Of a DNA stretch of 64,000 nucleotides, positions 50,545-63,645 are shown one piece after another. Positions within the stretch are counted from its first letter, which is position 1. Every line of letters begins with the position of its first letter. Source of the DNA: Octopus bimaculoides (taxonomy: Eukaryota); contig NC_068986.1 of assembly GCF_001194135.2 (NCBI RefSeq), positions 81,485,468 through 81,549,467 of the forward strand. The letters are read 5' to 3'. The position numbers and the translations under genes are program-made. The notes under the pieces are model-generated. The model was not told the DNA's origin, searched no databases, and saw only the letters and a program-made list of their open reading frames with translations.

Positions 50545-51961
50545 AATATTCTGTTGAAAATTTTCAAAAATCCAGTCTTATAATAAATTTGTTAAGAGAA
50601 CAATGATAAATGATAGAAGTGGTTAAAATTTTCTCTCTTAGCTTAGAGAAATCTCCTTACTTATTTCAAAATGAATGTGAACAAGGTTAATACAATTCTT
50701 GTGATATCATGTGTTTCAGGACTGGCTCACTGATCCAGTCCTATGTTGTACTGTATCAAACAGGAAATTGAGAGCTAATAGATAGGGTTGTTTGTATATT
50801 CATAGGAGAGGAACCAATGGTTTAACCTAAATAATAGTGAAGAATTCCACACCATATATACTAAAATATTGGTAAAGTATTTAAAACAGCCTACACCAAA
50901 ACTGTAATTTATATTCTATTGAGCTGTTAATGTTTCTTCTAAAGTTTTATAAGTCAGACACATATCTCAACATTCAGACATTGTCAGTCAAATGCTTTCA
51001 GCTGCCTGTTTCATATGAGAAATTGTAATACTTTTTATTGTCTTTGCCCTTTTCCTGTCTTGTCATTAAAGTTTTGTATGTAAGTTTTTCTTCTTTTCAT
51101 TGAATATTGTCTTGGTTTTGTAATGGACATAGTGAAAGTATAATGGAAAATAGTTTGACTTTAGTGGTGAAGTGTGTGGACTATTTTGTAAATTATTTGA
51201 ACCGTATCTTTGGAAAATATTGAAAGGAACAGTGTTATGTCACAAAAACCATAGATTTTTCAAAGGAAGAGAAAGTTATTACATTACTGCATTTATCTGA
51301 GAGATTAGCAATATATGAGAAGTGACATGGCTCTTAGTGGTAATCAACTCTGGATAAGAATCATTTCATCAGGGAATTTACTTAATCATTCTCCCGAATA
51401 GATTATGACAATCCTTCACCTCACTTGGTCTTCATTTCCACATAGAAATGCTTACGTTAATAATGCTCTTAACAAATAGCATAAATTGTAAAATTCCCTA
51501 CAAATATGAAAACTTAATGTTCTCTTGTTGCCTGTAGTGTTTCCAGCTCACTTTTACCATTAATGGTGGTTGTTTAATCCTAAGCTATCCCTAATCAAGC
51601 TGAGTTATTCCATTAGGTTAATATTAACATATTTAATGCAAGGAGCATTTAAAGCTAATTATAATTGGATATGTAGTGAGGAAAAAAAAACAAATAAAAT
51701 ATATCAATGGCTAATATTATTAATTTTTGGGTAAATGTGGGAAACAACTCGAGATGTGTTGGTTTATTCTAGCCTCAACAATGAAGCTTAACCTCTCTCT
51801 CTTTCTCCCTTCCTCTCCCTCTCTGTTTATTTGCAGAAGTCAATGCAGAAGGTTGTACAGTGGCTGGTGATTGGAAATATTAATAAAGATTATGTAATTC
51901 ATACACACTTATTGTTTCCCATGCAAGTGGTAAATTGTCGACATAATTAATATAGAAATCA

Positions 51962-52194
51962 TTAACCTTTTTGGCTCAGCTGGTACATATTTGTACCAGT
52001 CAAAAATTTTACAACCTGTGTGATGTAGTATAGTACCATTCTGATATTTCTGGTAAGTATGTAGTGCCAGATGTACGATTGGAGTGTATGACACTATATT
52101 GACAGCTCAAAAGGCTCGCATGCGTACAACCCCCCTGCCATTACCGACTTGAGCAAAAATTCTTGAGAAAAAATTCTGGGTTGAAAGGGTTGAA
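51962..52194. mobile_element. Possible second piggyBac-like MITE
   Basis: TTAACCTTTTT ... AAAGGGTTGAA ends; the TIR match is short and imperfect. Confidence 0.35.
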
Positions 52195-53689
52195 AAGCTA
52201 ACTAGAAATTTATATGTGGTGAGAAAATAATGTTTAATTAATGGCTAATATTATTATGGTCAGTTTTCATGTAAGTATGGGAGTCATATCTGGATAGTTT
52301 GTTTTTGAACTAATATCCATTCATATAGCCTGATTGGCTTAAGTGATAGTTTAAATGATTCCAATTTCTGTCATCACCATGACCATATTTATATTGAAGC
52401 ACTGTGTTTCAGTTGATTTTTAAAAGTAATAAAAAAATTTGGAAAGGATTTAGTAAATCAATTTTGTTAATTATCTGATATTTGAAGATAACAAAAGCTC
52501 TTACATAAAATTGTAAAGGGAGGTTTTAATTTAAGCATTTTAAAGTATAGTTTTGTATGAGAATCAGAGATGGTCTGAAGCAGGTTGCTATTAAAAAGGT
52601 TAATGTACTGTAAAACATCATGCCACTATATTTACTTCAGACATAAAACAATTGCAGAATTACTAACATTGCACAATTTATTGTTTCATCGAATGTAGAC
52701 TCATTTAGTCACTTTAAAGCTAACGTGGAACTGAAATATCAGCAACTCTAGTTATTTACTAATATAATTAGCAATGTCTTCATCTCTCTTCATCTATCCT
52801 GCTACTGTGGTACTTCCACTGATTGAATTTTGTGGAAATTCTAACAAGCCTGTTTAGTTAAATGCACTGTGATTCCATCACTAATTTTGTATTTCATGGA
52901 AATGCTCACTCCATGTGTGTGTTACATCTATGTGTATTTTATTGTTTATTAAATGATGAAAAGGAATATGTATTTTATTGAGTTAATACCATTTGATAGT
53001 TTTCCACAAGTAATTAACTATAAAACTGAATATGTATCAGTGGTGGATTCCCCACAGGGTATGCATTAGTAATTAATATATTGAAATCTCTCATCATTGA
53101 AATTTGAAATACCATTTACTATTTACTAAATCTCCTCTATATAACTGTTTAGATTACTCTATTGTATATATCAAGTGCTTTCTCAATTTACTCACTCACC
53201 TATGTCAAACACCTGAAGTAATTTTGTTTATAAATCTTGATTTATATGTTAAGTTTCGGATATAATGTATGTGTTGTTATATTGACTTGTCATAGCTAAT
53301 AGTATGGTTTGTCTGAGGTATTTGCCTCTGAATCTGTTACTTCTTCAGCTAGTGCCGTAGCTGTACAATCTAAACAGATTTGCTCTTTACTTTTTCTCTA
53401 AGAAAACATCAGTTATTTTCATTTGCTTAAAGAATTTCACTGAGTAGGACCCAAGAAAGAAAGAACTTGTTTTAGTTATGATGTTGATGTTGTAATTATA
53501 GAAGATAAAGATGAGACATGAGACTGCAAGAACTATCCACAGAAGCCCTATCACTAGAAAAGATTTAGATAAGTCTGTTATATGCTGGAATATATACACA
53601 TAATTTGCTGGTAGGTTAATACTCCATCCTCCACAGCAGAGGTGTTAAGGCTTCTCCCCCTGGTGAAGAGGATTGGCCTGCAAGAAGCC

Positions 53690-53902
53690 TGTGTTGGTGT
53701 CACACAAAAAGCACTTGTGCCAGTGCCATATAAAATCACTCATGCAGTGCCATGCTAAAAGTACCCATCACACACTGTAAAGTGATTGGCATTAGGAAGG
53801 GCATCCACCTGTAGAGACCAAGTCAAATCAGACTAGAACCTGGTGCAGCTTTCTGGCTTGCCAGTTCTAGGCAAACCATGCCAACATGAAAAGTGGATGA
53901 TG
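53690..53902 (+). mobile_element. RTE 3' UTR and tail fragment
   Basis: GTGATTGGCATTAGGAAGGGCATCCA..CAAATCAGACT..CCATGCCAACATGAAAAGTGGATGATG, as in the 8721 copy. Confidence 0.75.
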
Positions 53903-56359
53903 TTCTTTCACAGTGTTTAGTTTAGATAATCCATTGCACCTATCTTGTGTTTATTGATAATCTTTCTCTTTCATGTAGAAATCTACTCTACTGGTCATGA
54001 TTCCACACCACAGTGATAGTTTTTAGACATTTCAATTCTCTGTTTTCTGTATTGAAGTAATTGAGTAAATCCAACTAGATTGCCATACCACACTTCTCTT
54101 CTCAATACTCTGTCACCACTTTGGGCCATCAACCACTTCTACTAATATACCCTGTCAACATTGTGGCCATTGTTAAAGCAATGCTTTTTAATCTTTTTCA
54201 CTTCATTGTGCACTGAAATTCAAATAAAAAATATTACTGGCACATTTTGTATGAACAATTAAAAATTACTGGCACACTTCATAGTTTTTCCATTGAATAG
54301 GACTGTGTTGTGATGATAATTGCTAGGTGATCCATGGAAGCTTGAGAATTATGTCAAATATCTGTGGGAGCTTGATGCAGGGAGCACATGTTCATGTCCA
54401 GGAAAGACTTTGCAAAGTGTGTGTATATATGCATAAAGGGCATCGAGAAGATATTACATTGCCTTTCTTGTTACCTACACTATTTGAAAGTGTGGAAACA
54501 TTGGGTATATTGATATCTCTCTTTATAATGATGGTTGTATTTGAATGCCTGTATTTCTAGTGTAGTGTCAGTTTTATTAAAAAAAATTTTTTTGAGTCAA
54601 GTTTACAAATTTTTTTTCTCTGTGTGACACATTTGTTTTCAAACATATTTTGTTTGGAATTTTGCAATGATTAAAGGAGATAATAGTACTTTTGTTGCAA
54701 AGTGTATTTTTCTCGATTATTTGCAGAAGTTGTTTGGAGGAGATTTTCTATGTATTCTTTTTGTTTGTATATTGAAGACTTCATAAAAACACTTACGTTT
54801 GGAGGGGGCTTAAGGTTGTTATTCTGGTTTCTTGTATGTCATTCTCTGATGGCAAACACATGTGCTAACAGAAATTTTTCTGTATGTTGAGCATTAGTTG
54901 TTCCACTGACATTCTATCCATGAGTGTCCTATTTTCCTTTTTGATATCTTCAGTGTTACTTAATCTGATATTTTTAACCATTTTGAAGATGGTTGGGTTG
55001 TTCTTAAGGAAGATTTGGTTGTAATGTTTGGCAGGGCTTCCTGTGTATTAGTGTTAAGATTTAATAAGACCAACTAATGAGAAAAGAGTTATTTGCAATG
55101 TGTCAAAGTAAAATATTCAGTTATCTTCTGTTAGGATATGAATATAATGTCATGAGCAAGTATGGATGACGATGATGATGGTTTATAAAGAAATGTTACT
55201 GCCGCATGTTTGATTGAAAAATAGTAAAGTAGGAAATTTGGTTTGAAATTGGACTATATTTTGATTAAATGTTACAAATCTTGTTAATTATAAAATTTAT
55301 GGCATTTCATTGTGAATAGAATTGTATGAAATTGATGTTGGTTCATTATAAGGTAAACTATTTCTTTCTTCTTTTTGAGACTGACCTTTTTTTAAACATA
55401 TCTTTAAAAAGGCTCAGGTTCCAAGGAATTTCTCCGACTGATATTACATTGAATTCATAACTCTGGTCCATAGAGCAGATTTTGTATGCATTGTTTCATA
55501 ATATTCAATAAAATTAAAATTGTGTAACTTTAATTTTTCAAAGCTGAAATGGAAATCTTAATTCTAACTCCAACAATTTCTATACAAACGCTCATGTTTG
55601 TAAAAATGATTCTTAGAATTTTTTGTGAAAGTGCTGAGTGCCAGGTCTGGGAGGTCAGAAGCAGAGGTATTGGGAAGGTTTGTGTTGAGTGGCTACACAG
55701 CTAGCTAGTTCAGAGAAGCACAGGTCATTGTAGTAGCAATAGCATAGACAAAAGAGATGGTACAGCCGTGTGACAGAAATTAAAGTGTGTTGTGAATCAT
55801 TAATCAGTTGTTTTGGATTTGGATTAGCCTTGCAAATCACTTTTGAACATGTCTGACTTTATTAGTGTGGTTGACTGAGGAAGTAGTTGAAAGTTGTCTA
55901 ATGGTGAAATGTGATAATTGAATCTAAATTGTCTATAAACTATAGTACTCTGACACTAGTTGCACTTTTTAACCAAAGACATAGACTCTGACTGCTACCA
56001 TCAGAATACTGCCCATTGTATAGTTGTTCTTTATCTAATCAGGAGAATTTATTTATAATAGGAACATCATATCATTTCCAGTTGCCATTGATTTCATCTT
56101 CTGTCTTAAATTAATTACACATTAACAGCTGTTGACTTACTACTTATTGGTGTATGTAAAGATCATGGATTGACTATTGTGTGCTCTAAGGATCAGAACC
56201 AAAATCCTTTGCTCTTTTCTCTTTTTATAATCAACTCTTTTGTTTCTCATTCCTGTACACTTCTGTAGTGTTATTTACCTAAAGCTGTTTAAATCACTAG
56301 CATAAATAGTTATTGAAGATTTTTTTTTCTTTTTCTTTTTCATTGTTCATAAACTACTT

Positions 56360-56407
<48 letters not shown>

Positions 56408-59030
56408 ACTGATTGTTTTGAAACAAATGTTCTGATGTTCAGCAAAGATATTTGCCTAGATGTAGCATTCAAGAGACATCAGACAGCAAACCTGATCACA
56501 TAGCTATTGCACACGTCTATAGCATCTATTCTTATTGTCAGTCTGTGTTGGATTGTTCTAGAAAACAATGTCAGCATGTGTAACAAGATAGTTTCCAAAT
56601 GACAGTTTCCTCTGAAAATACAAGAAGTCTTTGTAAAATTTAACAATGTTTGTGTTGTTTTAAGGAAGATAGTAATGCACCAAACTTAAAGTGACTGTAA
56701 GTAACAGATTGATAATGTTTAATTTATCAATAATTCACTTTGAATAACAATTTCATTGTTTAAGGGTTTTACTATCTTCTTTTCTTTATGTTCTATAAAC
56801 TGGAGAAAATAGATCTTTTGATGTTAAGTAAAGAATCGTTAAGCAAATAATTAACTTGTTACTGTGCTGTGAAGAGCAATAACTGTTGTTCACTTTGACA
56901 ATGATGTACAGACTGTATATCAGGTCTATTTCAAACTTTCTTCATGTTGCTAGCCAGTTTCTGCTTGTTCTACCTCCTGTAACTCTGTTTTGTATTGTTC
57001 CAAATTGTTAATATTCCTCTCTTGTTTTGTTTATCACTAACCTCTACCATTGTATCTCTCTCTCTTTCTCTGCTTCTTTCTCTTAACCCCCCCCTCTTTC
57101 CCTCTCTCTGCATACATATGTATGTGTTTATAAAGTTTAGTTATAATGACACGTGACGTTATAAAGTTAATGAATTAAGATAACAATAATTATCTCATCA
57201 TTATCATCGTTGTCCTGTAATGGTTGTTTTCACATTGGTTAACACAGCTATCAACCTGTTTTGCTGTTGGGAAGTTATTTCATAGCTGCCTCACTCAACT
57301 TTAGTTTCAGTGAACAAATAACTAATTTGTATATTTTTCTTTTATGACTGAAAAATAGTCTCTGTTTAACCAATGACACTGAATGTGTGGTATTCATGCT
57401 TTCCAACGAAGGGGACTTTAGACAATTATTTGAGCTTCTATAAATGGCAGCCAAATTTCCTTCATGGTTTACTACCACTTAGAAAAAGGAAGGACATGTT
57501 GGATACTGTAGGGCATGACATACAAAATAATGGGATAGTCATGTCTGGAATGCTTTTAATCATAGGTCTGCTGGATCAGGCCTTTCAGCGTTTCTGTTTA
57601 GAGGAAATTTATTGTAGAACTCCCCACATTGTGACTGAGAAATATGACTGCAAAGAATTAATGTGTCTCTCTGATGCTATTTTGTACAAGGAAAAGAACT
57701 GACAAAGCATAGAAAATTAGATTTATTTCTGCTGTCATTGGCTTCTATTTGTGAAGGTGCCATTAATTTTGAACAAAGATGAAATTAACAAAGTTTGGCT
57801 GTAAATGAAGTGTGATATTAAAAAGTGAATGAATTAAGATAATTATTTCATACTTGAGAACCTGGGTAAATAAATATTTGTTGGTACATCAGGTTGATTG
57901 GAGAGCAACATATATTATAGACTAGATGTATGATGTAATAACTTTGTGATCAGCTTTACTGTCTACTATCATTTAAATTCCATAAGGAGGTAAATATCTA
58001 TGCTGGATGACACAGTATTTGTTTTATAATTACTCTTACTTGAAATATATGTAAGCTAGCCACTATATTGCATCTGAGGGCAAGAGACCCTATTCTACCA
58101 GCTGGCAATGGGTTCTACATTTTCACCTCTCCTTAATGATTTAGAAATTAATGGTAAAAAGGATATCCAGCTGTAAAAATGCTTTCTCCAACAACAGGGA
58201 AATGACAATTGAAATAATTCCATTCATGGTAGCTTATTAAAACAGTGGTAAAACTATAAAAATAAATGGATAAAAGAATTTTTTTTTGAATACAAGAATT
58301 TAGAAATAATCAATATTAAAGGAAAACAGTTTTACTACCACTGCTGCCGCCACCACCACCATCAGCAATACTTTTTTTTATTAATGTGAAACAAATATGA
58401 TATTTATATTGCAAATCACTGTTTTATGAAATGAAATGATATTGTGAAAATTTTCTAATGGAGATTGTACAATATTCCACTGGATATTGTTTTATAAATC
58501 GAAGCACGCTAATATTTTAATAAGCATTTGCGGTTCTATCACTTTTAATTCAGTGCCACAATCTAACTCAAATCAAGCAGTGATCAATGTCAAAATCTGG
58601 GTGAAAAAGAAATGTACCATACCTGAATATGGTGGTAAAGAAAAATTATTTATTGGACATAGAATTGGTTTGAGAGCAGTAGTAAAAGCAATTTGTAATA
58701 TTGGTAGACTTGTACAATGATACTTTGATAGCATTTTGGAAAAGTAATTAAAAAAATAACCATTAATTAGTTTAAGGTCAATTTCAAGTGAAATATGTTT
58801 TCAATTAATTTCATGATTGATATGTCTTAAGCATGATTGTAGCCTACTGGCTGGAACCAGCAAGAGAGTTGGTAATTTGAATTGTTTACTTATAAATTTG
58901 GACTCTTATCACGATGTGTTCTACATAAAGTATTTGTAAATTCAGTGATGCAATAATAAAACATTCTTTTCTCATTTCAAATTTCTTTTCAGTTATGTCA
59001 TAATTAAAGCGTCATTTCATCTCTTAATTT

Positions 59031-59422
59031 GTGTGGTAAGAAGTTTGCTTCCCAACCACATGGGCTCAGGTTCAGTTTCACTGTGTGGCACCTTGTGCAA
59101 GTTCTTCTGCTATGGACCTAGGTCAACCAAAGCCTTGTGAGTGGATTTGGTAGACTGAAACTGAATGAAGCTTGTGTGTGTTACTGTGTCTTTGCGTTGA
59201 CATCACATAATAGCTGTAAACAAATTGCACCATCATATAAGTGGTGTCCATCATTTCTAGCCTTTTGTGAAAGCATGTCTGGTCATGGGGAATATTACCT
59301 TTTTCTGGAAACAGGGGCAGGTTGGCAACAGGAAAAATCTACCTTAAAAAAAAAAAAAATCCTGTCTGATCCATGCAAACATGGAAAAATAAAAAAGTGG
59401 ACATTAAAACTGTAATGATGAT
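59031..59422 (+). mobile_element. SINE with head H1, a different body and an RTE-like 3' end
   Basis: 59031-59172 matches the type A 5' half. It ends CCATGCAAACATGGAAAA..GTGGACATTAAAACTGTAATGATGAT, like the RTE tail, instead of T1. Confidence 0.65.
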
Positions 59423-60308
59423 ATNNNNNNNNNNNNNNNNNNNNNNNNNNNNNNNNNNNNNNNNNNNNNNNNNNNNNNNNNNNNNNNNNNNNNNNNNNNN
59501 NNNNNNNNNNNNNNNNNNNNNNNNNNNNNNNNNNNNNNNNNNNNNNNNNNNNNNNNNNNNNNNNNNNNNNNNNNNNNNNNNNNNNNNNNNNNNNNNNNNN
59601 NNNNNNNNNNNNNNNNNNNNNNNNNNNNNNNNNNNNNNNNNNNNNNNNNNNNNNNNNNNNNNNNNNNNNNNNNNNNNNNNNNNNNNNNNNNNNNNNNNNN
59701 NNNNNNNNNNNNNNNNNNNNNNNNNNNNNNNNNNNNNNNNNNNNNNNNNNNNNNNNNNNNNNNNNNNNNNNNNNNNNNNNNNNNNNNNNNNNNNNNNNNN
59801 NNNNNNNNNNNNNNNNNNNNNNNNNNNNNNNNNNNNNNNNNNNNNNNNNNNNNNNNNNNNNNNNNNNNNNNNNNNNNNNNNNNNNNNNNNNNNNNNNNNN
59901 NNNNNNNNNNNNNNNNNNNNNNNNNNNNNNNNNNNNNNNNNNNNNNNNNNNNNNNNNNNNNNNNNNNNNNNNNNNNNNNNNNNNNNNNNNNNNNNNNNNN
60001 NNNNNNNNNNNNNNNNNNNNNNNNNNNNNNNNNNNNNNNNNNNNNNNNNNNNNNNNNNNNNNNNNNNNNNNNNNNNNNNNNNNNNNNNNNNNNNNNNNNN
60101 NNNNNNNNNNNNNNNNNNNNNNNNNNNNNNNNNNNNNNNNNNNNNNNNNNNNNNNNNNNNNNNNNNNNNNNNNNNNNNNNNNNNNNNNNNNNNNNNNNNN
60201 NNNNNNNNNNNNNNNNNNNNNNNNNNNNNNNNNNNNNNNNNNNNNNNNNNNNNNNNNNNNNNNNNNNNNNNNNNNNNNNNNNNNNNNATATATATATATA
60301 TATATACA

Positions 60309-61485
60309 CCCACAAATCCTTTCAGGCAGATGGCCCTGCTCGATTTGTAGAAAAGGCGTAGGTAGAAACTCCATAAGATGTACCCAGTGTAAGCTATGGA
60401 CACATAAGAGGTGCAGCAATATCAAAGGAGGGCTAACCGAGAAGGTAAGTTTTTGTATATGGCAATGTTCAGGTGCTATAAACAATGAAAATGTGCAGAG
60501 AACAGCTGTCACATTCCAGGGAGAAAAACTACATGTAGTTGATAGCTTCTGTTACCTAGGGGACGAAGTCAGTAGCAGTGGGTGGATGCTCTGAAAGGGT
60601 AGTTGCTAGAATAAGAATAGCCTGGGCAAAGTTCAGAGAGCTCCTACCCCTGCTGGGTCTCTCACTCAGAGTAAAAGGTAGGCTGTATGATGCATGTGTA
60701 CAAACAGCTATGCTACATGGCAGTGAAACATGGGCCGTGACTACTGAGGGCATGCGTAAGCTTGCAAGGAATGAAGCCAGTATGCTCCGCTGGATGTGTA
60801 ATGTCAGTGTTTATACACGACAGAGTGTAAGTGCCCTGAGAAAAAAGTTGGATTTAAGAAGCATCAGATGTGGTGTGCAAGAGAGATGACTGCACTGGTG
60901 TGATCATGTGTTGCAAATGAATGAGGACAGCTGTGTGAAAAAGTGTCACACCCTAGCAGTTGAGGGAACCTGTGGAAGAGGTAGACCCAGGAAGACCTGG
61001 GATGAGGTGGTGAAGCACGACCTTCGAACATTGGGCCTTACCGAGGCAATGACTAGTGACTGGGACCTTTGGAGATATGCTGTGCTTGAGAAGACCCGAC
61101 AAGCCAAATGAGACCATAGCCCGTGGCCAGTGCCAATGGGTGTAACCAGCCCACTTATGAGTACCCCTCATTCATTGGACAATAAACTTTGCATGTGAAG
61201 ACCTATTGAGGCAAGTGAAATCAAATCAAAATCATTGGCGTGGCCGATGACAGTACTGCCTGATTGGCACTCGTGCCAGTGGAACGTTAAAACCACATCC
61301 GAGCGTGATCGTTGTCAGGGCCACAGATTGGCTCTTGTGCCGGCGGCACGTAAAAAGCACCAGTCGAGTATGATCGTTGCCAGCGTCGCCTTATTGGGAC
61401 ATGTGCTGGTGGCACTTGAAAAACAACATTTGAGCATGGTCATCTGACCCATGTAAGCATAGAACGGTGGATGTTAAATAATGAT
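60309..61485 (+). mobile_element. 5'-truncated RTE-clade LINE: PHD-like finger, RT C-terminal region, ORF end, 3' UTR
   Basis: 60322-60591 is open (SGRWPCSICRKGVGRNSIRCTQCKLWTHKRCS..VVDSFCYLGD). After a frameshift near 60578 it reads GGCSERVVARIRIAWAKFRELLPLL..LHGSETW, with one premature TGA at 60887 (probably from CGA), then GRGRPRKTWDEVVKHDL..QAK* ending at 61111. Confidence 0.92.
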
Positions 61486-62055
61486 TCAATTGGACTGTTG
61501 GAATTTGTAATTCAGTATTGTCTAATCTACCATGGACTCATATTTAGATATCTGTAAATTTAAACAGTATTTAAACTAGTTTCAGTTAGAACAGATGAAA
61601 TCAGTGTCATGTTTACCAGTTAGATTTCTGCTATATGTTGTTCTTTGATTGCCTTTAATTTCATTTTATGATACTTTGTGTAGAATGTAAGTCTTACCCT
61701 GTAGAGAAATAACCTTGCTCTCACTTTTAGGATGGTGCTGTTGTTATACACCAAGGACTCATCAGTACAATATAGTTCCCTCACTGACTCTGCCTATTCT
61801 GTCACTTCTAGAAAGGCCACTTTAATTCTCGATATGGGCTATGTTAAAGTATCATGGGATTTTGGGCATTTGCTATGCTACTAAGAAATTTGAAATCAGA
61901 AATATTTGAAGTTAAGAATGTAATTAAATCTGTTCAAAATAAAATTAGTGAGGAAAAGCAGCAATAAATTTTTCATTAAAAGAACGTATTAAACAATCTT
62001 TCAATGTCTTCTAATGAGTAATGTTTCTAGTGAGAATTTATATGAAGTACTGCTA

Positions 62056-62262
62056 TTGTTTCACTCCAGTCGGCCCTGATTGAACATACCTATGACTGGA
62101 AGGCATGTCAGCCAAGATCATGTCTGTCTTTTTTGTGCAACTTATCTATATCTAGAACTACATTGTCTATTGTGTGCTTAATTTTTAAGGTAGAGTGTGA
62201 TTTGAGGGAGATTTGGCTACTATTTCTAACAGGTCAAATGACTCCATAGAGAATCCCTCATT
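62056..62262 (+). mobile_element. Dispersed repeat family C, best-preserved copy
   Basis: CAGTCGGCCCTGATTGAACATACCTATGA..GGTAGAGTGTGATTTGAGGGAGATTTGGCTACTATTTCTAACAGGTCAAATGAC; multiple other copies in the window. Confidence 0.65.
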
Positions 62263-63103
62263 AACTCAATGTAAATAATATATTGATAGGCACATTCCAA
62301 AAGTAGAACAAATTTGCACAAATTCATGAGCTGAAATTTTGACTCATCAGTATATTCATGAAAATACAAAGGATAGGTGCTACTGACTGTGGCTAACAGT
62401 GACTGTCACCTAGTTTTATTGCTGTTTCTGTTTTTACATTCTCCATATGTTATTCTTGAAACCTTGCTATCATTTCATTTGATAACACCCTCTATTATTT
62501 ATACAAATGACTTCATTTCTGATAAGATAAAGCATTAATTTATAGTTGAAAATCCATCATGTATAGTTGAGGGTTGTACATGGTGAAAACAATGAATGAG
62601 AAGTTGTGGCAAGATATTTCTGACATGAGGTTATGAGCTTCTGGTTTAATCCCAAAATAGTATTTTCTCTTATTTCTCTGTATGTCATTATGTATATGTC
62701 ATTATAATGTTTATAATGACATATTTGCCATATAGAAGTTTTGGTTATATTTTATGTAAACCTTTGGCTTTAACATATGGTTAGTACATATAGTCTTGAC
62801 CACTGATTGTAACTATTTCTGTCTCATCTCCATTACATTTTTGTTGTTGTTGCTGAACTAGAAGAGATGACTTCAATGTTACTGTTTTTTGCACTCAAGC
62901 TGACCACCATCCACTAGTGTATATGATGGTAATTTTCCTCTTCTTACATACCACTGCAAACATCATCATGATGGTTATTGTGACTGTCATTGACTAGCCT
63001 TCTTACTACTACTACTACTACTAGCTTCACCACACACGTGTGTTTACATATGTCTCTTTTCATTCTAACATGTATGCTCACATGTATTTAAACATACTTT
63101 TCG

Positions 63104-63135
<32 letters not shown>

Positions 63136-63645
63136 CTCTCCCATTTTTTGTTATTATTAGTCTGTGTGTGTATGTGTGTAAGCATGTAAATATATGTGTG
63201 TATATATATGATGGTTCTGGAGACAAATTGAACAACTTGAATATCAAGTCATTTAATCTGATATAAAGAATATGTTGATCACAATGGATTCAAATCTTAC
63301 AAGAAATTCAAAAATATAGTATAAAAATAACAGCAGAGAGTATTGTGTGTAGCAAAAATGAATGCACATATGAAATGTAAGTGTCACTGAGTCATGAAAA
63401 TAGATAAAAATATTAGTTTATGATGGCTGATTATGTTAAAAGTAAATAAGAATTTGTAGCTGAAATGTTTTATTAATGTCTGGATGAGATAGAATTTGTA
63501 TTTATCAGAATGTGACAAGGTTTGTGTTTACAGAAATGTCAAAGAGAAAAATAGTTTCAAATAACTGATGAAAAATTCTAGACTATATTTGAAATAAAAA
63601 TTGATGAGTTTAAAATATGTGTATCTTATTTATAATGGGTGTGTA

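Larger units (their letters stand above)
3088..60287. other. Assembly gaps at 3088-3880, 8001-8010, 23585-23658, 26699-27171, 33222-33626, 36495-36706 and 59425-60287
   Basis: Runs of N, nearly all adjacent to (TA)n or other simple repeats. Confidence 0.99.

Noticed and set aside
61731-61775. Acceptor CACTTTTAG|GAT as exon 2
   Set aside because: Phase-0 frame stops after 14 codons; no RI motifs.
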